Positions 38,471 through 49,669 of a stretch of DNA of 64,000 nucleotides are shown here, one piece after another. The number at the start of each line of letters is the position of its first letter. Positions within the stretch are counted from its first letter, which is position 1. The DNA lies in assembly GCF_006345805.1 (NCBI RefSeq), contig NC_043001.1, positions 121,210,001 through 121,274,000 on the forward strand, read 5' to 3'. This DNA comes from Octopus sinensis. Lineage: Eukaryota. Made by a program: the position numbers and the translations under genes. Under the pieces are notes generated by a model, which had not been told where the DNA came from, searched no databases, and was given only the letters and a program-made list of their open reading frames with translations.

Positions 38471-39990
38471 ATAATAATAGTAGTAGTAGTAGTCATAGAA
38501 GTAATAGTAAAAGTAATAGTAGTAGTAGTAAAAATAATAATAGTAGTGGTAGTAGAAGTAGTAGTAATAGTAATAGTTATAATAATATTAATGATAATAA
38601 TAATAGTAGTAGTAGTAAAAGTAATAATAATAATATTAATAATCATAATAATAATAGTAGTAGTGTAATAGTAATAGTAGTCGTAGTAGTAGTAGTTATA
38701 GTAATAGAAATATTAATAATAATAATAGTAGTAGTAGTAGTAATAATAATAATTATGTTAATAATAATAGTAATAGTATTAATCATAATAATAATATTAA
38801 AAATAAAAGTAGTAGCAGTAATAATAAAAATAATAAGGATGACGATAATGAAAATGACAATAATATTAATAATAATAATAATGATAGTAGTAGTAGTAAT
38901 AATAATAGTAGTAGTAATAATAATAATGATAATAGTAGTAGTAGTAGTACCAGTAGTAATAGTCGTAGTAGTAGTAGTGATAGTAATAATAATAGTAGTA
39001 GTAGTAGTATAAATAGTAAGAGTAATAGTAAGAATGATAATAATAATAGTTATAGCAGTAGTAGTAGTAGCAGAAGTAGTAATAATAGTAAAAATAATAA
39101 AAGTAATGATAATAATAATAATAGTAGTAGTAATAGTAATGATAATGTTATAATAATAATAGTAGTAGTACTAATAGTAATTGTGATAATAATAATACTA
39201 GTAGTAGTATTAATAGTAATAGTAGTAATAGTAATGGCAATAATAATAGTACTAGTAGTAGTTGTAGTAGAATTGGTAATAGTAATATGAATAAGAATAA
39301 TGTTAATAATAAAAGTAGTAGTAGTACTACTAATAATAATAAAACTAATAGTAGTAGTTGTAGCAGTAGTAGAAGTAATAGTAATAATACTACTAATAAT
39401 AATAAAACTAATAGTAGTTGTAGCAGTAGTAGTAGTAAAAGTAATAATAATAGTAGTAGTAGTAATAATAATAGTAGTATTAGTAATAGTGATAATAATA
39501 ATAATAGTCGTAGTAGTAGTAGTAATTGTAGTAGAAGTAGTTGTAGTAGTAGTAGCAATAATAATATTAATAATAATATAGTAGTAGTAGTGCTATTACT
39601 ATTATTATTACTACTACTACTGTTATTATTATTATTATTATTATCATTATTAGTATTACTACTACTACTACTACTATTATTTTTATTATTATCATTACTA
39701 TTACTACTGCTACTACTACTACTATTATTATTATCAATATTATTATAATTATTATTATTACTATTAATATTACTACTACTATTATCATTATTATTACTAT
39801 TACTAATACTACTACTACTGTTACTACTACTAATATTATTATTATTACTATTACTACTACTACTATTATGAATATTATTATTATTATATTATTATTACTA
39901 TTACTACTACTACTATTATGAATATTATTATTATTATAATTATTATTACTATCATTATTATTACTATCACTATTACTATTACTAATACTT
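38460..39990. repeat. Compound (AAT/AGT)n microsatellite tract with a strand switch near 39590
   Basis: Seen directly. All ORF calls here are low-complexity artefacts. Confidence 0.95.
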
Positions 39991-40445
39991 GAAAACAGAG
40001 GGTTACCCACTTGCAAACAAATGTGGAAACATATAACAATATTGACCAGGGTTACCATGGTCTTTTTCGTAGGCTTTTCTTCCCACGGATAAACCTTACT
40101 TGCCTTCCCCTTTACACCATATATCATAACACTGTGATACACGATCCTTATTGATGGTTTTTTTTTCCTCTTCCCCTTTTTTATCCCTTTTTCTTTTTTC
40201 ATTTCTCTTTTCTTTTGTTCCTTTTCCTTTTCTTCTTTTTTTTATTTTTATTTATTTTTAATTTTTATTTTATTAAAAAAAATTTTTTTTGTTCTTTTCT
40301 TCCCTTTTACGATCCCTCTTGATCGAAAACCTACGCCACCCCTTTTTTTTTTGTTTTTTGTTTTTTTCATCCCCCAAAAGAAAAGCTCTACCTTGTAACT
40401 TGTCCTATCTGTGTGCAGCTCTGTGTGGCCAATAAAGAAACTTAA
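39990..40445 (+). mobile_element. Probable 3' end of an unidentified non-LTR element (U-rich 3' UTR, AATAAA, trinucleotide tail)
   Basis: A unique segment, then poly-pyrimidine runs, then ...cagctctgtgtggccAATAAAgaaac running into (ATA/CTA)n. No diagnostic protein motif, so the family is not established. Confidence 0.4.
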
Positions 40446-40685
40446 TACTACTACTACTAATACTACTGCTACTACTATTATTATTATAATTATTAATATT
40501 TCTCTTAAAATTAATAATAATAATATTAATAATAATAATAATAATATTCTTAATAAGAGTAGTAGTAGTACTTGTAGTAGTAGTAGTATAAATAGTAAGA
40601 GTAATAATATTAATAGTAATAATAGTAGTAGTAGTAGCAGAAGTAGTAATAGTAGTAGTAGTAGTAATAGTAAACAAAATAATAA

Positions 40686-40716
<31 letters not shown>

Positions 40717-40821
40717 CATAATAATAATAATAGTAGTAGTAATAGTAATAGTAAAAATAAGAATAATGATAATGATAATAATAATAATCATAGTTGTAGT
40801 AGTAGCAGTAGTAGTACTAAT

Positions 40822-43800
40822 TCGGGCCGGCATACTAGCCAAATCGACTACATCCTTGCCAGAAAAAGGGAAAGATGGCTGCTTATAAATGCCAAAACCT
40901 TCCCAGGTGAAGAATGCACGCCACAACATAGACTGGTAGTTAGTGACTTTAGGATCAGGACTAAGAGGGCGACTAGAAGACGACCAACATGGAGAAGAAG
41001 GGTCTGGAAGCTTAAAGACCCTGCGAATGGACAGAGATTTAGAGATATGTTATTTGAAGCCTTAGACGAAATGGAAGGGAGTATAGCTACGCATGGGGTA
41101 GAAGACAACTGGACGCTTCTGAGGGACAACCTGCTGAAAGCCGCTGACCAGATCTGTGGCTGGTGCAAAGTCCCCTTAAGACCCAAAATAACGTGGTGGT
41201 GGAACAATATTGTTGACAGGGCTATTAGACAAAAGAAACAGGCTTGGAAGAACGGTGGTAGCAGGGAAGTGTATCAGTCTGCCAGAAGGGAAGCCAGGAG
41301 ACAGGTCTATCTAGCCAGAGGGGAAGCAGATAAGGAAAAATTTGCCAATGTCCTGCGTCGTGAGGATGAAAGACTTGAGGTATTTCGTGTTGCAAGACAG
41401 TGTGTGAGAGAGAATCGTGACGTGGTAGGAGAGAAATGTGTTCGCAAGGAGGACGGTTCACTTGCGCTTAATGAGGGTGCAAAGAGAGAGGCTTGGAGAC
41501 GCCACTATGATAGGTTGCTGAATGAAGAAAATGAATGGGATAAAGAGAGTCTGCCGAATGTCGACCCAACAGAGGGACCAGCAATCCGAGTTAACAGTTC
41601 CTTAGTAGATAAGGCAATTAGAAGCATGAAAACAGGGAAAGCCCCAGGCCCATCAGGAATTACTGCAGAGATGCTCAAAATATCTGGTGGTGTCGGCTAT
41701 AGCTTAGTCACCCGTATAGTTAACCAGGTGATACACGAGGGGGTCATACCCAATGACTGGTGTAGCAGCATAATAGTCAACTGCTACAAAGGTAAAGGCG
41801 ACGCCCTAGAGACAAATAACTACAGGGGCATCAAGCTGCTGGATCAGGTAATGAAGGTTACGGAGAGGGTTGTAGCCCAACTAATTAGAGAGAGAGTTAC
41901 CTTAGATGATATGCAGTTTGGGTTCGTGCCAGGGAAAAGTACTACTGATGCTATATTCCTGGTAAGACAGCTGCAGGAGAAATACCTAGCCAAAGATAAG
42001 CCCTTGTACCTGGCTTTTGTTGACTTGGAGAAAGCCTTTGACAGGGTCCCCCGGTCCCTTATCTGGTGGTCAATGAGGAAACTAGGGATAGAAGAATGGT
42101 TGGTGAGAGCTGTGCAAGCCATGTACAGAGACGCTGCTAGTAAGGTGAGGGTTGGCAACGAGTACAGTGAAGAATTCCGGGTAGAGGTTGGGGTCCACCA
42201 AGGTTCAGTCCTCAGTCCCCTCCTATTTATCATAGTCCTCCAGGCAATAACGGAGGAATTCAAGACAGGTTGCCCCTGGGAGCTCCTCTATGCTGATGAC
42301 CTTGCTCTAATTGCTGAGTCACTATCAGAACTGGAGGAGAAGTTTCAGGTGTGGAAACAAGGATTAGAATCGAAGTGCCTTAGAATCAACCTAGCCAAAA
42401 CCAAAGTCCTAATAAGTAGGAAGGTAGATCAATCACAAACGCCTTCAGGTAGATGGCCCTGCTCGATCTGTAAAAAAGGTGTAGGTAGAAACTCTATAAG
42501 ATGCACCAAGTGTAAGCTATGGACACATAAGAGGTGCAGCAATGTCAAAGGAAGGCTAACTAGGAAAATAGTTTTTGTCTGTGGCAAATGCTCAGGAGCA
42601 ATAAACACTGGAAATATGCAGAGACCAACTTCTGCCACGTTCCAGGGAGACAAACTAGAAGTAGTTGATAGCTTCCGCTACCTAGGAGACCAAGTCAGTA
42701 GCGGGGGTGGGTGTGCTGAAAGTGTAACTGCTAGAGTAAGAATAGCCTGGGCAAAGTTTAGAGAGCTCTTACCCCTGCTGGTGACAAAAGGCCTCTCGCT
42801 CAGAGTAAAAGGCAGACTGTATGATGCATGTGTACGTACAGCCATGCTACATGGTAGTGAAACATGGGCCGTGACTGCTGAGGATATGCGTAAGCTCGCA
42901 AGAAATGAAGCCAGTATGCTCCGATGGATGTGTAATGTCAGTGTTCATAATCGTCAGAGTGTAAGTTCCTTGAGAGAAAAGTTGAACCTAAGAAGCGTCA
43001 GTTGTGGCGTGCAAGAGAGACGGCTGCGCTGGTATGGTCATGTGACAAGAAAGGCTGAAGATAGTTGTGTGCAAAAGTGCTACACCCTAGCAGTGGAGGG
43101 AACCTGTGGAAGAGGTAGACCCAGGAAAACCTGGGACGAGGTGGTGAAGCACGACCTTCGAACTTTAGGTCTCACTAAGGAATGTCTAGAGACCGAGACC
43201 TATGGAAGTATGCTGTGCATGAGAAGACCCGGCAAGACTAGTCAGGCCATAACCCGTGGCCCCGACCTGGGACGTAGTCAGTCCTGTGCATACCTTCCTT
43301 CTTGTGACACTTATGAAGACCTGTTGAGGCAAGTGAAAATCAAATCAAATCAAACAAATCAAAATAGATGAACATCAGTGGAATTGTATTCTTTGTGGTA
43401 CCAGTGCCGGTGGCACACAAGAAAACCACCCAAACGTGGCCGTAACCAGTACCGCATCGACTGGCCTCCGTGCTGTGGGCACAACAAACACCATCCGATC
43501 GTGGCCGTTCGCCAGCCTCATCTGGCACCTGTGCCGGTGGCACATAAAGACACCATCCGAAGACCCGGCGACGTAGTCAGTCCACCTGTGCATACCTTCC
43601 CTCTTATGACACTTGTGAAGACCTGTTGAGGCAAGTGTGTGACACTTGTGAAGACCTGTTGAGGCAGAGGCAAGTGTGTGACACTTGTGGAGACCTGTTG
43701 AGGCAAGTGTGTGACCCTTGTGAAGACCTGTTGAGGCAAGTGAAAATCAAATCAAACCAAATCAAAATAGATGAATATCAATGGAATTTGTATCTTTGTG

Positions 43801-44906
43801 GTTCCAGTACCGGTGGCACACAAGAAAACCATCCGAACGTGGCCGTAGCTGGTACCGCATCGACTGGCCTCCGTGCTGTGGGCACAACAAACACCATCTG
43901 ATCGTGGCCGTTCGCCAGCCTCACCTGGCACCTGTGTCGGTGGCACATAAAAACACCATCCAAAGACCCGGCGACGTAGTCAGTCCACCTGTGCATACCT
44001 TCCCTCTTATGACACTTGTGAAGACCTGTTGAGGCAGAGGCAAGTGTGTGACACTTGTGAAGACCTGTTGAGGCAGAGGCAAGTGTGTGACACTTGTGGA
44101 GACCTGTTGAGGCAAGTGTGTGACACGCGTGACACTTGTGAAGACCTGTTGAGGCAAGTGAAAATCAAACCAAATCAAAATAGATGAACATCAATGGAAT
44201 TTGTATCTTTGTGGTTCCAGTACCGGTGGCACACAAGAAAACCATCCGATCGTGGCCGTTCGCCAGCCACATCTGGCACCTGTGGCGGTGGCACATAAAG
44301 ACACCATCCGAAGACCCGGCGACGTAGTCAGTCCACCTGTGCATACCTTCCTTCTTGTGACACTTGTGAAGACCTGTTGAGGCAAGTGAAAATCAAATCA
44401 AATCAAACAAATCAAAATAGATGAACATAAATGGAATTTGTATCTTTGTGGTACCAGTGCCGGTGGCACACAAGAAAATCATCCGAACGTGGCCGTAGCC
44501 AGTACCGCATAGACTGGCCTCCGTGCTTTGGGGACGTAACAAACACCATCCGATCGTGGCCGTCCGCCAGCCTCATCTGGCACCTGTGTCGGTGGCACAT
44601 AAAAACACCATCCGAGCGTGGCCGTCTGCCAGCCTCGTCTGGCACCTGTGTCGGTGGCACATAAAAACACCATCCGAGCGTGGCCGTTCGCCATCCTCGT
44701 CTGGCACCTGTGTCGGTGGCACATAAAATCACCCACTACACTCTCGGAGTGGTTGGCGTTAGGAAGGGCATCCAGCTGTAGAAACACTGCCAGATCTGAC
44801 TGCCTGGTGCAGCCTTCGGGCTCCCCAGACCCCAGTTGAACCGTCCAACCCATGCTAGCATGGAAAACGGACGCTAAATGATGATGATGATGATGATGAT
44901 GATGAT
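40822..44906 (+). mobile_element. RTE-clade LINE, 5'-truncated in the C-terminal APE, near-intact RT, expanded 3' UTR
   Basis: Uninterrupted frame from SGRHTSQIDYIL through NYRGIKLL, FVDLEKAFD, QGSVLSP, LLYADD, YLG and RPRKTWDEVVKHDLR. A frameshift lies near 43180. There is ~1.65 kb of tandemly duplicated 3' UTR and a (GAT)n tail at 44879-44906. Confidence 0.95.
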
Positions 44907-45892
44907 AATAATAGTAGTAGTAGTATTAATAGTAATAGATATATTAATAGTAGTAGTAGTAGTAGTAATAGAAATAGTAATAATAGTAATAGAAATGGTA
45001 ATAATAATAGTAGTAATAATAACAAGAATAATATTAATATTAAAAGTAGTAGTGATAGTAGTAGTAGAAGTAGTAGTAATATTAATAATAATAATAAAAA
45101 TATTATTATTATTAATAATAATAACGTAGTAGTAGTAGTAGAAGTAATATTAGTAGTAATAGTTGTAGAAGTAGCAGCAGTAGTAGTAGTAATAATAGTA
45201 ATATTAATGATAATAATAATGAGAATAATAATAGTAGTAGTAGTAATAAAAATATTAATATTAATAATAATAATAATCTTAATAATAAAAATAAAAATAG
45301 TAGTAGTAGTAGCAATAGTAATGATAATAATAATAATACTATAATAATCGTAGTAGAAGTAGTAGTAGTAATAATAATAATATTAATAATAATAATAGTA
45401 ATAATAATGGTAGTAGTAGTAGTTGTAGTACTAGTAGTAATAGTAGCTGTAGTAGTTGTAGTAATAATAATAACAATAATAATAATAATAATAATAATAG
45501 GAGTAGTAGTAGTAGTAATTACTATTACTGTTACTACTACTACTACTTCTACAACTACTACTACTACTACTACTACTATTATTATAATTATTAATATTAT
45601 TATCATTATTATTAATATTACTATTACTACTACTACTAGTGCTACTACCACTACTACTATTGTTATTATTATCATTATAATTATTATCATTAATATTCAT
45701 ATTATTACTATTACTATTAATATTACTACTATTACTACTACTACTGCTACTACTACTACTATTCTTATTATTATGAATATTATAATTATGAATATTTCTA
45801 TTAATATTAATAATAATAATCCTAATAATCATAATAATAATAAAAATAATAATAATAATAATAAAAGTAGTAGTAGTGGCAGTAGTAGTTGC

Positions 45893-45932
<40 letters not shown>

Positions 45933-46030
45933 CAAGAAGCAGCCGTAGTAGGAGTAGTAGTAGTAATATTAGTAGTAGTAGTAGTAAAAGTAATAGGAAT
46001 AGTAATAATAATAATGATAATAATAATAAT
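44907..46030. repeat. Compound (AAT/AGT)n tract with internal strand switches
   Basis: Seen directly. Orientation flips near 45515 and 45800. Confidence 0.95.
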
Positions 46031-46408
46031 ACTCTTTTACTTGTTTCAGTCATTTGACTGCGGCCATGCAAATCGACCCCAGGACTTATTCTTTGTAAGC
46101 CAAGTACTTATTCTATCGGTCTCTTTTGCCGAACTGCTAAGTGACGGGGACGTAAACACACCAGCATTGGTTGTCAGGCAATGCTAGGGAGACAAACACA
46201 GACACACAAACATACACACACACACATATATATACATACATATATACGACGGGCTTCTTTCAGTTTCCGTCTACCAAATCCACTCACAAGGCTTTGGTTG
46301 GCCCGAGGCTATAATAGAAGACACTTGCCTAAGATGCCACGCAGTGGGACTGAACCCGGAACAATATGGTTGGTAAGCAAGCTACTTACCACACAGCCAA
46401 TCCTGCGT
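46031..46408 (-). mobile_element. SINE family A, full length
   Basis: Same A/B-box head, body and tail as 35340-35713, with (TA)n at 46410-46449 adjacent. Confidence 0.88.
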
Positions 46409-46409
46409 C

Positions 46410-46445
<36 letters not shown>

Positions 46446-46552
46446 TATAAGGTTAATCCAAACGAGAAAACAGAAAAAACAACAACACAAGGAGGTGGAA
46501 CAATTAAAGTATTATTATTAGGCGCTCAGGAAAAAGGGAAGAAGGAAGGTAT

Positions 46553-46579
46553 GACGTTTCGAGCGGAGCTCTTCGTCGG
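46553..46579 (-). ncRNA. Candidate minimal type I hammerhead ribozyme core (Penelope-associated)
   Basis: The minus strand reads CCGACGA-A-GAGC-UCC-GCUC-GAAAC-GUC. That gives a CYGANGA core, a 4-bp stem II, GAAA, a palindromic ACGU stem III and a GUC cleavage triplet. Stem I pairing with the flanks is imperfect. Confidence 0.55.
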
Positions 46580-48212
46580 AAACATAAGAGAAAGAAAGAT
46601 CCCGAGGCGGGCGGACGGAGGGAAAAAACGCGACTGGTTTTCACGAGGTAAACATGCTGAAAGGCCGGAAGTCTTAGACGAGCGGGGACAGGTTTTCAAA
46701 GACAGGAGAGCGGAAAAAGACGGTAGGTAACAACTCGATGAATGGGAAGAAGAAGGTGTGTATGTGAGTATGTACGTGTGCGTGTGTGTATGTGTGTGTA
46801 AGGCGAAGGCGAGTAGCGGCCGTAACGATGTGCGAGATAAAAAAATGTGTATATATTAGTGCGTGCGTCTGTGTACGTAGGGCGAAAGGTGGTGGACGTA
46901 GCAGTCGCAGGTCAGTGGTAAAAGGGGGAAGGAGTGAATGTGTGCGTGCGTATGTACGTCCCGTGTGTGTGTTTAGTTGTAGTATGTGTGTGTCCGTGTG
47001 CGTTTGTTGTATGTATGGCAAGTAAATTTGAAGTGTGTGTAAGTGTATTGTATATATATATGCAAATGTGTGTGTGGGAGTGAGTGTATGTATGTGTGTG
47101 CGTGTGTGTACAAAAGGTAGGGATATTATGTGTGTGTGCATATATATGCATGCAAGGAAACAAACTGCAACTGACGGAAAGATGGAAAAATTCTCCCGCG
47201 GCGGTGACAGGCGTAAGAGAAACCCAGGAACACGCTGGCCCCAGATACGAACACGAGATCTAGTTGGAACCCACGGGCGTGGTGCATGCATGTATGTATG
47301 CTTGCGCGAACGCGCACATGCATGTATGTGCGCGCGCCTGCGAGTGTGTGTGTGTGGATGTGTGAGTGTGTATGTCTGGGTGTCTGTGTGTCCGATTGAA
47401 TGTATGTATGTATGTGTGTGTATAGGTGTATGTCCGTGTGTGTGTGTGTATGTGTGTGAGTGTGTATGTATGTGTGTATGTGTGGAAGTATGTGCATGTG
47501 TGTGCGCGTGCATGCGAGTGTGTGTGTGTGTATGTATGTGTGAGTGTGTATGTGTGTATGTCTGTGTGTATGGGTGTATGTATGTGTGTGTGGAAGTGTG
47601 TGTGTGTATGTATGTATGTGTGTGTATGTATGTATGTGTACGTGCGTGTGTGTGTATGCGTACATGCGTGTAGGTGTGTGCGTGTGCATGCATGCATGTG
47701 CGTATGTGTGTGTGTGTGTGTAAGTATATATGTATGTGCGTATATGTGTGTGTATGTGCGTACATGTGTGTGTATAGGTGTATGGGTGTGTCTCTGTGTA
47801 TGTTTGTGTGTGTGTATGTATGTATGTATGGGTGAGGGTATGAGTGTATGTAAGTGTGTGTGTGTACGTATGTAATGTATGTATGCGTGTGTATGTAGGT
47901 GTGTGGGAGTGTAGGTGTGTGTGTGCGTGTATATGTTGGTGTGTGTATGTGAGTGTATGGGTGTGTGTCATGCATGTGTGTGCGCGTGCAGGCGAGTGTG
48001 TGTGTAAGTATGTGTGTGTGTATGTATGTGTGACTGTGTATGTGTGTGCGTATAGGAGTATGTAAGTATGTGTATGGGTGTGTGTATGTGTGTGTGTGTG
48101 TAAGTATATGTGTGTGTGTTTATGTATGTGTGTATGTATGTGTGTAGGCGTGTGTGTATGTATGTATGGGTGTGTGTCTGTGTGTGTGTGTATATATGTA
48201 TACATACGCACG

Positions 48213-48335
48213 CACACACACGAAGCACGCTCACACACACGAAGCACGCTCACACACACGAAGCACGCTCACACACACGAAGCACGCTCACACACACGAA
48301 GCACGCTCACACACACGAAGCACGCTCACACACAC
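48213..48335 (+). repeat. 19-bp minisatellite, six copies (cacacacacgaagcacgct)
   Basis: gaagcacgct starts at 48222, 48241, 48260, 48279, 48298 and 48317. Confidence 0.95.
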
Positions 48336-48734
48336 AACACACAAACAAAACAACGCACGCATATGGGGCGACCACACCGCAGGCCCGTGCCAAGGCGCGT
48401 GCGAGCGGACCCCGAACAACCCACTCCACGGGAACCGAAGATCCATCAACCAAAACCAGAAAGCAGAAAGGAGGGGGGTGCGCCTGGATGCAAATATGTG
48501 TATGTGTGTGTGCATTCGTGTAAAGGTGTGCGTGTGTAGGTATGTATGTATGTATGTGTGTGTGCATACGTGTATGTGTGCATGTGTGTGTGTGTATGTA
48601 AGTATAGGTGTGTAAAGTATATATGTGCGATGTGTGTGTGTGTGTATGTGTGTATGTATGTGCGTATGTATGTATGTATGTCTGTGTGTGTGTGTGTAAG
48701 TGTGTATGTGTATGTGTGTATGTATGTATGTGTG

Positions 48735-49425
48735 TAGTTAGTTAGTTAGTTAATTTGGCTCAAAAGCAAATAGCAAGGCCATGTAGGGGGACATGGAGTT
48801 AAGTACAGGGTGGTGTTCATGTAAAGAGTTCAGGCCACTTGAGGTCCAGGGAGGCTTTGAACAAAGCGGTCGTCGGCATCTTCACCATCTCGTCTGGCAG
48901 CTTGTTCCACGGATCCGCAACCCGGACGGAGAAAGCTCCTCTCCTTCGATTGAGATGAAATCGTCGCAGGTAGAGCTTTTCGGAATGACCCCGCAGCCGA
49001 CGCTCCGGAGCAGGAGTGAAGAACAGCTCTTTCGAGAGGTTACACTTCCCGCTTATGATGTTGTGGGCGAGAATGAGATCACCACGGCGGCGGCGTTTTT
49101 CAAGAGAATAAAGGTCGAGCGTCCTCAGCCTTTCTTCGTAGGACAAATTTTTGAGACCATGAACCATGCGGGTAGCCATACTCTGGACTCTTTCGAGGTG
49201 CTGTATGTCTTTGAGGAGATAAGGAGAAGAGGCTTGAATCCCATACTCCAATATGGGTCTCACCAGCGTGACATAGAGTGGCAGGAATATGGCTGCTGTG
49301 AGCATTCCGAATGACCGTCGAATCAAAAACAGAATTCCGCGCGCTTTGTTGGCAGCATGGACGCACTGGGCCGAAGGCGAAAAGGAGGAATCCACCAAGA
49401 TACCCAGGTCCTTTACCTGTGCATG
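48735..49425 (-). mobile_element. 5'-truncated CR1-clade LINE (ORF2 C-terminus, short 3' UTR, (TAAC)n tail)
   Basis: VKDLGILVDSSFSPSAQCVHAANKARGIL...LYVTLVRPILEYG...LERVQ...LSYEERLRTLDLYSLEKRRRRGDLI...RGHSEKL...FSVRVADPWNKLP is the typical CR1 C-terminus, and the frame is open. Confidence 0.92.
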
Positions 49426-49669
49426 TTGGTTTGTTTGTTAGTGTGTGTATGTATGTCTATAAGTATGTGTGAATGTATGTACGTAGATGTGTATACGTAT
49501 GTGTGTGTGTGTGTGTGAACGGGCGTGTGTGTGTGCGCGTGGGTATGTGAGGTGTGGAAGTATGTGTGCGTGCAAGTGAGTGGGTAGGTTGTGTGTGTGC
49601 GGTGAGTTGGAGGTAGGTGTGTGGGAGGTAGGTAGGTGTGTGTGGGGGGTGTTTATCCGAAAAAAAAAC

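Noticed and set aside
43245-44760. CRISPR-like repeat-spacer array in the RTE 3' UTR (also 25880-26170)
   Set aside because: The intervening segments are homologous to each other, so these are tandem repeats. The context is a eukaryotic LINE with no cas genes.
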